This document shows, in pieces, positions 50,733 through 62,172 of a stretch of DNA of 64,000 bases. Below the pieces are notes generated by a model. The model did no database searches. It saw nothing but the letters and a program-made list of their open reading frames with translations, and was not told where the DNA came from. Source of the stretch: Bispira polyomma (Eukaryota); contig OZ287753.1 of the NCBI GenBank assembly GCA_965649765.1, forward strand, positions 69,006,001 through 69,070,000, given 5' to 3'. Every line of letters begins with the position of its first letter. The first letter of the stretch is position 1. Made by a program: the position numbers and the translations under genes.

Positions 50733-51551
50733 TGTTACATATAAGGACATTGTGGTGTGTTAATGCAGAACCGGTCTAGTTAGTACTAGTGATTCTTACA
50801 CTCTGCTAGAGTGTTCTATTTATAGAATTGGGGAAATCCCTAAGCTTCTAGAAGCCGGTTCTATTTTGTTTTTGTTATTAAAGTTGTGTTAATGTATGTT
50901 TAAATCTCATCTCTGGAATGTTCTAGCAATTGTTCACATATTCTAGAGCCTTCTCTAGCAGTTGTATATATAAGGGTTGACAGCCTGGCCACAGACCAGA
51001 GATTATTGAGTTGATGTGCTATATGAACTGCTATACTGTACTGCTATACTGTGAAACATTTTATTTCTTTTTCTGTGGATATAAACTGATCATTATATAC
51101 ATTTTGTGGTGAACTCATTGGAGTGAACTAGATAAAGGTTATGGATCTACCAGGGATTGGATTTACTGCATATTGGATATTGTTTGCATCCTGGACTGGA
51201 TAGCTTAGTTGTGCAGACTCTCTGGATATATATATTTTGTGTTTGTGGACACCGAACGGATAACAGGATACAGGCATTGTGTGGACACTGACCGGATCTC
51301 AAGACAGATTGCTGGATACAGTGGACAAACTTGTTTAATTGTTATTTATGTGGACAGGACTGTAGTCATGTCAGATTGGTTTCATTATTGTATTATTGTA
51401 TGAACCATTAAGAGTATCTTGGTTGATTGTAATTCTGTAATTGTTATTTTATTTGTTAAATAAATTTGTTAAGTGAAACTTTTTGTCTTTTCCTGTTACA
51501 ACCTCAAAGCAACCGGTAATTGCTACCGCGCTTGCTCCCGTCACCGTAACT
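50733..51551 (+). repeat. 3' LTR
   Basis: Near-identical to 44922-45738; ends ...GTAACT rather than ...GTAACA. Confidence 0.95.
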
Positions 51552-52055
51552 CTGAAAGTACGCAGTCGTAAATATTTCAGACATAAATGTTAAGCTTAAG
51601 ACTAAGTTAAGCCTAAGATCTTTTGTTAATACAGCCCCAGTCTTTGTAATTATATACCAAAATCATCTGTGGAAGTGCCCACTGGGCGATATATCGAAAT
51701 TGGAGTGAAACCTGGGGTGGGCGATTACGTGAGCATTGGCTGCCGTTATATATATTACTTCTGGTACGTGTTTTTGTGTCTAAAATTGGATGTTTAGGAG
51801 CTTTTTGGCACATTTTGGGGGGGTGGCTGATACAGTGTGAGATAGGGTGCTTCTGCGGATGATTTCTGTACATACATTTATTCTTGAGTGATCAGTCTGT
51901 ACTAAATTAAAAACCCAGTAAGTAGCGAACAATCTTCCTTAGTCGATGACCACAACTACACCTTTGGTCAAAATGGGTTTAGTAGTTCTTGTGTAATTCT
52001 GCTAACCGACAGACCGGGGAAAAATCCATACTTTTTCTGTTTCACCTGTTATCAA

Positions 52056-52240
52056 GGCACAGTGCTAACACACTCTCCTCCCACCTCTAAGGTCCTGGTT
52101 CAAATCTAGGCCGGTGCTTAAAGTGGGAAATTTGGCAGTTACTTGCCGATGGTTTACAGTGTAGAATGTTGACAACTTGTACACACTGGTTTCCTCCGTT
52201 AAAATGTGTTGAAATCAGCGCTAAAAACTCAAAATCAAAC
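52056..52240 (+). mobile_element. tRNA-derived SINE
   Basis: GGCACAGTGCTAA A-box-like, GGTTCAAATC B-box-like, GTGGGAAA...GGTTTCCTCC body shared with 60240-60500. Confidence 0.65.
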
Positions 52241-52494
52241 CAATGAATAAAAATCAAATGGTCAATGTTGAGAGGTCTAGATTTGTAGGTAAATCACAGG
52301 CCCTTTTGATTTTTCGACCCCACGGCGAAGATTTGTGCTCTGCTGAGTGCTCTTGTTGTATTTCTTGAATTATTTGGTCAAAGTCACACTTCTAGAACTG
52401 CCTGTTTAAATGTTATAGAGAAATGTTTAAGGAACATCAGTGTAAATAAAATGATGAATACTGAGCAATATTGTTGAAACTGACTTTTGTTGAA

Positions 52495-52755
52495 AGTCTG
52501 ATTAACTACTTTTGATCCCTATGACTGTTCGTGTCTTGCCCTGATTAACTACTTTTAACCCTATGACTGTTTGCTGATTAACTACTTTTGACCTCTATGA
52601 CCGTTTGTGTCTGGCCCTAATTAACAACTTTTGACCCCTATAACTGTTTGTGTCTTGCCCTGATTGATCACTTTTGACCCCATGACTGTTTGCAGATTAA
52701 CTATTTTTGACCTGTATGACTGTTTGCTGATTAACTTTTGACCCTGTGACTGTGC
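52495..52755. repeat. Minisatellite with alternating ~33/43-bp units
   Basis: TGATTAACTACTTTTGACCCTATGACTGTTTG repeats. Confidence 0.85.
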
Positions 52756-53059
52756 CCTTCTCCATGTTTGCTGTTCAGTTGGCCACTCCCACACCTTCCT
52801 TATTCATGGTGGTTAATATGTTGAAAATTTTTGAAAAAAAAAATTGGAAGATTTATATAATTATATGTAAAAGCTATGTTTGATGATAATTTGTCTTATC
52901 TAACATAGTTTAGCACAATTAATGTAGTACATGATTGGCTGTTACATACATATCATTTCAGGCTGTGCAGTTCAAACTGAATAGATTGATCCACCACTGT
53001 GGCAAAGTTGGTAACACATTTACTTGTAAATGCTGAGGGCCTGGGTTCGATCCCAATTA

Positions 53060-54110
53060 ACAACAATTAAAAGTAGCAGGAGATAAAAAATCATTCCCAC
53101 CTCCTACAGGCCATTTATTGTAAAGCCTTAAACGAGGATGTAAGGTCAAATCTGACCACAGCAAAAGATTACCAGCCTTTGATTTCCTATAGGTTGGTTT
53201 CCCATCAAAACCTCTATGACCAATAAATAGCGGCCCAAAGTCAAATCTGACCACATCAAAAGATTCCTAAGCCTTGATTTCCTACAGGTTGGTTCATATT
53301 CCAAATCTCTATGACCAATAATAAGCGAGATATGGGCACTTTTAAGTTTGGCCATCCGCATTTGACCCTGAACGAGGGGCCCAAGGTAAAATCTGAGCAC
53401 ATCAAAAGATTTCCAGCGCACGATTTTCTATAGGTTGGTTTGGCACTCCAAACCTCTGAGACCAATAATAAGTGAGATACAAGCACTTTTAAGTTTGGCC
53501 ATCAGCATTTGACCTTGAACGAGGGGCCTAAGGTCAAATCGGACCACATCAAAAGATTCCCAGGCCATGATTTCCTTTAGGTTGGTTTCACATCCAAAAC
53601 CTGTTTGACCAAAAATAAGTGAGATATAGGCACTTTAAAGTTTGTCTATCCCTGTATGACCTTGAAGGAGAGACTCAAGGTCAAATCTGAGCACATCAGA
53701 AGACTCCCTGCTCATGATTTCCTATGGATTGGTTTCAGATCCCAAACCTCTAGGACCAATATTGAGCGAGATATAGGCACTTTTAAGTTTGGCCCAAATC
53801 CATTACTTGGGGTACTTTGACACTCTGTCGATGACCTTGCATTAGAAGATTCAAGGTCAAATGTCTACATGCTTATACAGGACATTTATATCTGTTAAAC
53901 ATATCACCTATAAAGAGATTCAACCTTCTACAGCTGAGAAACAGACACAGTTAAAAGCCTAATTATTTTCAAAGAAACGCCCGTGCCAGCCATCTAGCTT
54001 TTCAAAATGAGGCCCAAATTACTCCCTGGCAAGCTTTTGTAATAAAGAACAATTCCTGTAAATTTCAGGAGCCTAAGTGTTAAAGTTTTCCCAGGAGAGT
54101 GGTAAGAGTA
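53060..54110 (-). mobile_element. Second copy of the ~147-bp tandem-repeat element, inverted
   Basis: TTTAAGTTTG at 53341, 53488 and 53782 (multiples of 147 bp; a variant near 53635). The head matches the reverse complement of 38190-38490. Confidence 0.75.
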
Positions 54111-54584
54111 AAAGCTTAATCCAATGTATCCACCGGAACCTGTGCTGACATATCTCCATAAACTGCTTTACTTTTCATGATGGCTTTAAATATAATACAA
54201 AGACTTGGGGCAACAGCCTACCACTACTGAAGACACTGTTTTTCTAGGTGTGTCGTGTAGTGAGTGCATTAATTCATGCAACAGGCACTGCATAACTGCA
54301 GTATTGCATCAACATAAAGAACGCTTCAATTCCAGGCTTTTTTGTCTTTCTGTTTTCACATAGTGATGCTTAATTGTGGTGCTTTCAATAAAATGATGCT
54401 TTTGAGGGAAGCCAATGTCTGAAATTCAACCCTTTCAATCTTGTGGGATATACTGGATAAACACTTTGCAATCTTTAACACTGCATTCACACAGCCGAGA
54501 CTGAGAAGAACATGTTAAATAAATCCAATGTAAAAACTCAAAGTAAAACACCAATAAGGCCACCATAAGAAAAATCATGCAATT

Positions 54585-56710
54585 GTATTGTATTGTACTT
54601 TTTTAACGCGCCTTATTGATGCTGGGCATCTCCTAAAGCGCAACATTAGAATCAATCAGCCAGGTCGTAAGGATGGATGCGTCAGCCCCCAGGGAGAGGA
54701 CTACGGCGGATAGGCGAGCCTAAAGAGATAGGTTTTCGGCTTTCTACTAAATCCAGAAAGTGTTTCAAGCAGTCTAAGCTCAACTGGAAGGCTGTTCCAT
54801 GACATAGTGGCGGCGACCGAGAGGGCTCTAGATCCAACCCTCTTGGTGGTTTTTAAGAGGAAACAGAAAGTCTCTTTCCCCTTTGAAGGCTGCTGAGGGA
54901 GAGTTTAGTAGCAAAGTAGTGAGGCTGTTGAGCGGCAACAGCTTTAAAGATGGTTATGTGCATCTTAAACAGGATTCGATAGTGAATAGGAAGCCAGTGA
55001 AGTTTCTTGAGGTATGGTTACGTGCATTTTAAACAGGATTGATAGTGAACAGGAAGCAAGTGGAGTTCCCTTAGGTGTGGAGTGACATCATTACAGATTG
55101 CCTAAAAAAGATGACGCTACATAGATAGTTTTGAATGGACTGCAACTTGTTTATGTGGGACTTATTAGCCCACACAGAAGAGAATTACAGTAGTCAAGGC
55201 GACTACTTACAAGAGCCTTGGCCACAGTGATAGCAGTATCTAGTGACAGATAATTTCTGATTTTTTTTGAGGTCCGAATGTAATAGTAACAAGAGCGTCG
55301 GATGTTGTTAATGTGAGGAAGAAATAAATAAGCAGGGTCGATGGTTTTTTGACCCTGTCTGAAGGTTGAATCTCATTGCCCAGCAGTGTGATTGGGATAA
55401 GTGATCTGAAGTATTCACAGTTTCTTGTTGCCAATTAGAATGATTTCAGTTTTATCTAGGTTTAATTTCAGTTTGGAGTAGTTCATCAACGCCTGAACTG
55501 AGGAAAGACAGTCGGCAAGAAATTCAGGTTGTTTCCGGCATTATGAGGGTTAAAAGAGAAATAGATTTGAGTGTCATCAGCATACATGTGATGTTTAACA
55601 TTGTGATTATTGATAACTGCACTGAGAGGATTAGTGTAGATGGTAAAGAGTAGAGGGCCGAGAACCGTCCCCTGGGGTACTCCGAAAGGTTGGTTAAAAG
55701 AAGATGAAAAGTGGTCGCCCACTTTGATTTTTTGAGTTCTAAGAGCAAGGTACAAGTTAATCAAGGACAGTACCATTAATACCTAACCATTGTTTTAGCA
55801 CTCTCTTTGGAGGCCGATTGGTAGGAGTTAGCTAGGTTTTGTGTATTAAGGTGGTCATGGATTTTTTTAGCAGCAGCTTTCTCAATAAGTTTAGATACAA
55901 AGCTGAGGTCAGAGACTGGTCTATAGTTTTTTAGCCCTTTTTTGTCAAGGCCTGGTTTTTTCACCAAGGGGGCGACATATGCGGTTTTGAAGCAAAAAAC
56001 TTGTGATGTTGGTGATAGGAGTTATGAGAATGTCTAGACATTCTGTGAGAACAGCAGCAAGGATAGGATCCAGTTCACAGGATTTGATAGATTTGGATTT
56101 TTAAGTTGGAGAACTTTGTTCTCCAAAAGTGGGTTAAAATGTAGCAGATTTGAAACTTTATAGCTAGGGGATGGTGGAGAGAACTGTAGCATTGTTGTAA
56201 AACCTTTGATCGAATCATAGTTCCCTTTTTTGGCTATGGTCATTATTGTATTAAAATGGTTTTGTGGCAATTCTGTAGCGCTTCCTGTTAAGTGTTGATT
56301 TAGTGCGCCGCCATAGCTGCCCAAGTTAACGTTTACGCCTTTTAGCCACAATGATGTCTAGGTTGGTACAATCATGGGGGTCAGAAAGTGGGAGGGTTTT
56401 AGAAACCCAAGGAGCATGACTGTTAAGGATTGAGGACAAGGTATGGTTATATTGTAGACTGAGACTATCCGCATTTTACAGGGTGTTTAATGAGGTGAGA
56501 AGCAAATATGTCATCCCAAAATTTGAGAATGTTAATTTTTCTGATGTTGCAAAATTTTATTACCTTAGGTTTGTATGACAGTGGTTTAGGCAGCACGAAA
56601 TGTGCAAAAATGGCAAGATGGTCAGACACCCCGTCAGTATCCCATACATCCTGTATCAGCTCTCAGGTCAAGCAATGATCAGGTCGAGAATGTGGTTTTG
56701 GAGATGATGC
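54585..56710 (-). mobile_element. CR1/L2 LINE ORF2 remnant
   Basis: SDHLAIF (endonuclease), [78 protein letters not shown] (duplicated), (ACAAT)n tail. Confidence 0.9.
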
Positions 56711-57135
56711 AATCTTTGTTTTACAGATTTCCTACCTTTTTTTAACACAACAGCTGTGCCACTCCAAGGCAAAAATTTAACATAATTACAAATAAAATGA
56801 ATTGTCATGAATTAGGTAATACTTCTTTTTGTATTACCTCAGCTTTGGAGTAGTATAAAATATAAAAAACAGTGATAAGAATTACACAAAAGGAAAAAGT
56901 CTGACTCTGTAAACCAAAGAATTGATTGATTTTTTTTGTGTGTGGCCTTACTGTGTAAAAGTAAGTGGATACCACTAAACTACCGCGAAAAACAACACAA
57001 ACTAAGAACTTATTATTACAGTTATTATTACTTTGTGCATCTTTAGTATTGTTGAGGGAAATGGGCGAGGGAAGGCTGTGTACTGATAGAGGTGGTGGGG
57101 GAATGTCTAAATAAAATGCTGAGCAGGCTGACCTG

Positions 57136-57367
57136 TATGGAGCCCTGGGGGACATTTTAAATATTTTTACCCAGATTATTTTGTGCTTACAGTTTATAAT
57201 TTGTGGGCACAGTTTATAATTCCTGAGCACAGATTATAATTTGTGAGCACAGTTTATAATTTGTGAGCACAGTTTATTGAATCGTGCGCACGGTTTTTAA
57301 TCTGTTAGCACAAATTAATCTAGGTAAAAGTATTCACAATGTACAATGTCCTCTCCAGGGCTCCGTA
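57136..57367. mobile_element. MITE with internal CACAGTTTATAATTTGTGAG repeats
   Basis: TATGGAGCCCTGGGGGACATT ... AATGTCCTCTCCAGGGCTCCGTA inverted termini. Confidence 0.75.
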
Positions 57368-58999
57368 GACCTGGCCTTGGATCAAGTTATTATGCTTCTT
57401 GAGAAGTCTGTACTATGTATGATAATACTTGTATGTTACTTACACTTGGTTTACCACATTCACCGCAGTAAATCTAAATCTCATTCTGGCATTAAATTGG
57501 TGCACCTGGGCCTACTGGCTTTTACTCAAGCTACGTTCCTGACATTGGAAAAACATAATATTTACATAAACAACCTGTTTACTGTACACACTCTTCAATT
57601 GTTATTGCAATTGAGTATTATTACTGGCTGAAATATATTCAGCTACAATGCTTTACATGGACGACTCCTTGAAATAGTTGTATTCCTTTATGACAAACTT
57701 TATTCTCCTATATACACATCAGTAAGAAATATTTAAAAAACTAAGGAATATATATATATATAAATATGAATTTTAATTGCTTGAATTTATATGAAATTTT
57801 TGTTGTTGTTATGCAATCTGATATAAAATATCAAATATATTGAAAACAATATGGATTCAAAGAAAGAAACTGACTGAGACCTAATAAAGTCTCACTCCTG
57901 AATGTTAAATATTTAATATATCCTATGTGTGTACTTGTCCACACGCGTATATAATTTTTTTTTTTATTTAATTATCTTCTTTTTTTTTTTGCTTATCTAA
58001 TTACACACCACAAATTGCACCAATCATGTTTATCACCTTTTGAAGTGACATATTAGCCCAATAGAGGGCTGTTTATTTTTCCTATATGTTTTTCCCCTAT
58101 TGTAACAGTATGTATAATACATGTCACTATAATAAAAAATAAATGAATCAAAAATAATAATAATAAAAAATAGACATATGCTCCTTTTATTGATTGAATT
58201 TGTTATTTGCGATCTGATGCGACAAAAAGCACAATAATAAAAGCATTTGATAGAGCTTCAGCACACATCCAAATACGATGTCAATAAGCCCAGGATAATA
58301 AGGACTTTACAGACCACCTACTACACAACACTACAAAAAATGAGAAATTAGATAGTGTATAATTCCGTACATGAATTGTAATTCAGTCGCAAGTGGACTC
58401 GTCCTAATTACCCAATAATGAACTTTCCCTCTTTTACCGCTCAGCCAATCAGAGTGAGGCAGCTACGATATAAGCACCTCCTCAGTACGAGGTGCTTTAG
58501 TTAAATATTTTGTTTTAATGTCCCACCCACCCGGAAACCAGTGTTTTAGTATTTTAACATATGTATTGACCTCTTGCAGGGGGCAAAATCTTGTATATTT
58601 AACAAACTTTAGAATCTAATAAAATGTGTAGAAGTCCACTCTTCTCGTTATCAATCTTGTTATAAGAACCCCTAATCCTATACACGTGATCTCGTTCCAA
58701 CATGGAGATCTCATGCAAATTATCTTCTCATTGATTCACAGGGAAAGGTGTGACTGAATATAGAATATAGACTGCTTCCAAGACGACACCACACTAGACA
58801 AACACAACACTGTAATTTAACTTAAAGAAATCTCGAAATAACCTTGTGTCATCTAATCTAATCTAATCTAGTCGTACTTTTATAGCGCTTAATCTTTGTA
58901 CAGCAAATTCTAAGGCGCAACAAACCCAAAACGTTAATCGAAAATCAAAAATAATGTCATTGTAAATTTCTATATCCTTTTCTCATAATAAACAAAACC

Positions 59000-59830
59000 A
59001 CTGAGTGGCGTTATCAGTACATATATAGGTTCAATAAAATATCACTTGTATGCTGATGATATACAGTAATACATTCATTTCTGATCATCAAATGCTGCCA
59101 CTGCTTGTAATACTCTTAAAAGTTAAAGGGGTGCCGGAATGGATTTGATTAAATAAGCTTGAGCTTAATCTTGACTAAACAGAATTTATTGTGTTTGGTA
59201 CTAGTCAACAAGGTACTGAATTATCAAGTTTCTTTCCAATAAACATCTTTGGGAATATGATATCACCCTCAGATGCTGTATGTAATCTTGAGAGCAATGT
59301 TTGACGCTGATTTTTCATCCAGTAAAGATGTCACTTCTGTCTGCAAATCCTGTCTGGTCAGCCTGAGAGGTCTAAGAGGAGTAAAACGATATTTGTCACA
59401 TGATACAGCTGTGTAGTTCGCTAATGCACTTGTGAGCATTAATATTGACTATTTGAACTCATTACTAAGCAGTTTGTTTACCAAGGACATGTCTCACCTT
59501 CAGGCAATACAGAATACTCTAGCTGGTATCATCACCCATTCTCACATATCTCCTGTTTTAAAAGATAAACACTGACTTCCTGTTAACTTTTGTTGTATGT
59601 TCAAAACGGCCACATTGGTCTACAGGTCTCTCAATACAGGCCTTCCAAAATACCTCAGCCCATATCTCACCCCTTACTCTTAGCAAGTCATTACCTATCG
59701 TGGTAATCCTAACAAATTATGTTCCAACCTTTGATCACTGCATACACAAATCGAAAGTCCATTTAAATCACAGTTTCTCATATGCTGCATCCAAGTACTG
59801 GAATGACCATCCCACAAGATATTCACCCCC
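59000..59830 (+). mobile_element. CR1/L2 RT and 3' fragment
   Basis: YHLYADDIQ, KLELNLD*TEFIVFG, NALVS..DYLNSLL, LQAIQNTLA, SFSYAASKYWNDHP. Confidence 0.8.
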
Positions 59831-60239
59831 AATGCTTCAACTGTAGCTAGTCCCTACAAAATATATTACCACATATCTAGTATGGCATTTGGGCATTGTA
59901 ATAATTATGTTCAAACAATATTTAGTAACATATAGTATATACCATCAGTAATAGTTAAAACTATAACGTTATGTTTACCTTTTAAGGTTGCACATTGAGG
60001 TAACCTTATATCAAGCTTGTTTAGGCTAACCTTAAATCTAGTTTTAGTTAAAATCACTTATGAATTTAAGGTGATCTTAAGTCAGCATATTAACTTTAAT
60101 TTCTAGTTCTCATGAATTTTAGGTGACCTTAACTCATTAAAGTATTAAATTTAAAGGTAAACCTAAAATGTAATTAAGGTGACCTTAACCAGTGGGCTCA
60201 CCTCGCTTATGTAAATTAGTAGTAGATGTTTCATGTAGG

Positions 60240-60503
60240 GCCACGGTGGCCTAGTGGTTATCAAGCATTGTGCTTTACAATCATTGGTCTCTCACCTCTG
60301 GGCGGCGTGAGTTCGAATCACGTCGATGCCTTTGTGGGAAAGGTGGTAGTTCCTTACTGTGGGCCGCTGGTTTCAGTGCAGAACCTTGATCAACTGTATG
60401 CAGTGTTTCCTCCAGCATTTCCAACTACCCGTCCTAATATAATCTAAACAGGTACTAGAGTGGACGTTAAATATCCCAATTCAAAAAAAAAAAAGAAAAA
60501 AAA
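60240..60503 (+). mobile_element. tRNA-derived SINE with A-rich tail
   Basis: GGTGGCCTAGTGGTTA A box, GAGTTCGAATC B box, shared body, followed by poly(A). Confidence 0.8.
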
Positions 60504-61989
60504 GATGTTTCATGTATTAACCAATTAACATTGCATGTTATATAGATGTAATAAATGCCAAAAAGTGCTATATGCATGTGTTTTACACAATTGTTCTGTT
60601 AGATTAGATTAAAGTTTTTGTACAGAAATGGCTGAAGAGAAAAAAATCTTAATTGATTTTACATGGTTTATGTAGTAGTGTGTCACGTTTGATGTGAAGA
60701 GTTCTGCCTTATGTAGTATAGTGTGGTGTCTTGTTATCGGTGGTCTGTAAAGCCCTTTACTATTAGTATGATAAATAATTCAATTCATAAATAATTCAAT
60801 TCATAACCCTTTACACATAAAATCCTTTATATAATTCAAGGTTACAGGAGACGTCCACAACAAGTGTGTGTGTACCTTGGCCTCTCTTCAATTATAATAT
60901 ATACATGATCTGTATCATTGAACTAAAGCTTATGAATGCTGCAGTTAAATATGGATATTTCAGTGTGGTCCACAAGGCATTAATAAACTAAGCTATGGTT
61001 GATTTATTCAAATCAAAATATAAACAAGAGTTGTCTTTTAAAAAAGACACAGGCACACAGTATGAAATACACTAATGTTGATATTGCCACTATAAACTCA
61101 GGCCCGCTTTGCACCTCTACAAATATTAATCTGACACCCCCATTGTTTGGACGGTTCGATTGCTTCCAACCAACACATGAAGGCCTGGTATGTTATTTCT
61201 GCAGCACCGATTGTAATGGCGGAGCCTATTAAAAAAAAACACACTATATCAGACTGTGCCTGATAAATACTTACTCATAGATATTGGATTGATATGCAAG
61301 GTTATTTAATATACTGTATTGTCCAGCATTTTAGTTGGTATTAAATTTTCTATATTGTTAACTCTCGCTTTTAGAAATTGCACCGTGGAATTTTTGAGGT
61401 TCACCGGGTGACTCATTAAAAAAATACTATACATTAGCCTTTAGTATGCAATCTCATTATTATAAATCAGCTATAATGAATTTCTAGCGCAAGGGTTAAC
61501 TTAGAGACAGTATCATGGATGATGTAAATAAACATAACTGACGATACACCTAATAAACCCTTATTTATTACCCCTACGTATTGATAGCAAAATCTATGGC
61601 AGGGACAAAATAACAAATAATAATAGACGACCAAAAACTCTTTATCATGGTTTGTTGTGGAGACTGTCACTAAGCTAAACATGATCAACATCAACTTGTT
61701 TACTAAATAATTTTGCATTAAATGTTAGTGTCTATGTGTGTATGTGTGTCTTAACAAGAGTTAAAATTAGGCATTTTTGGAGAAACTTTAAAATGTAGAC
61801 AATTTTGAAGTGGATTTTAGAAGTCTAAAAAGAGTACAGTGAAATTTTATAGGTTTTGTTACTAAATAAGAAAATTTTATGGAGATTGTATAGATTTATA
61901 CAGACTAAATTTAAACAAATTAAACTTTTGAATTATATATTCAATTTCTTTGATGATATCTCTGACCAAATTTTGAATCACTTTTGTCG

Positions 61990-62172
61990 ATGATGGGAGA
62001 TCTTAAGGCTGTGTGTCGCCAACTACAGGCAGATATTGGAAGGAAACCAAAGGTAGAGATTGACAAGTTTGAAAACTGGGCTACAACTAGAAAAATTGAA
62101 AATCTTCTGGTTGTCAAACCAACTAGTCTGAAAGAGGTGCAATCTGTTGTAAAGGCAGCAGCCAAAAATGGG
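61990..62172 (+). CDS. GULO/ALO-like gene 2 (paralog), first visible coding exon; gene continues beyond the window
   Basis: MMGDLKAVCRQLQADIGRKPKVEIDKFENWATTRKIENLLVVKPTSLKEVQSVVKAAAKNG aligns without gaps to exon 12967-13139. The GTGAGT donor is at the identical position and phase. Confidence 0.85.

Larger units (their letters stand above)
44922..51551 (+). mobile_element. Full-length Gmr1-like Ty3/gypsy LTR retrotransposon (gag-PR-IN-RT-RH), coding-disrupted
   Basis: Two ~817-bp LTRs, PBS, PPT, CTGA on both flanks; domain order read from ORFs 45814-50567. Confidence 0.97.

Noticed and set aside
52997-53056. tRNA gene
   Set aside because: A- and B-box-like motifs are present but the acceptor stem is incomplete and the sequence is cut by a repeat; more likely a SINE head.
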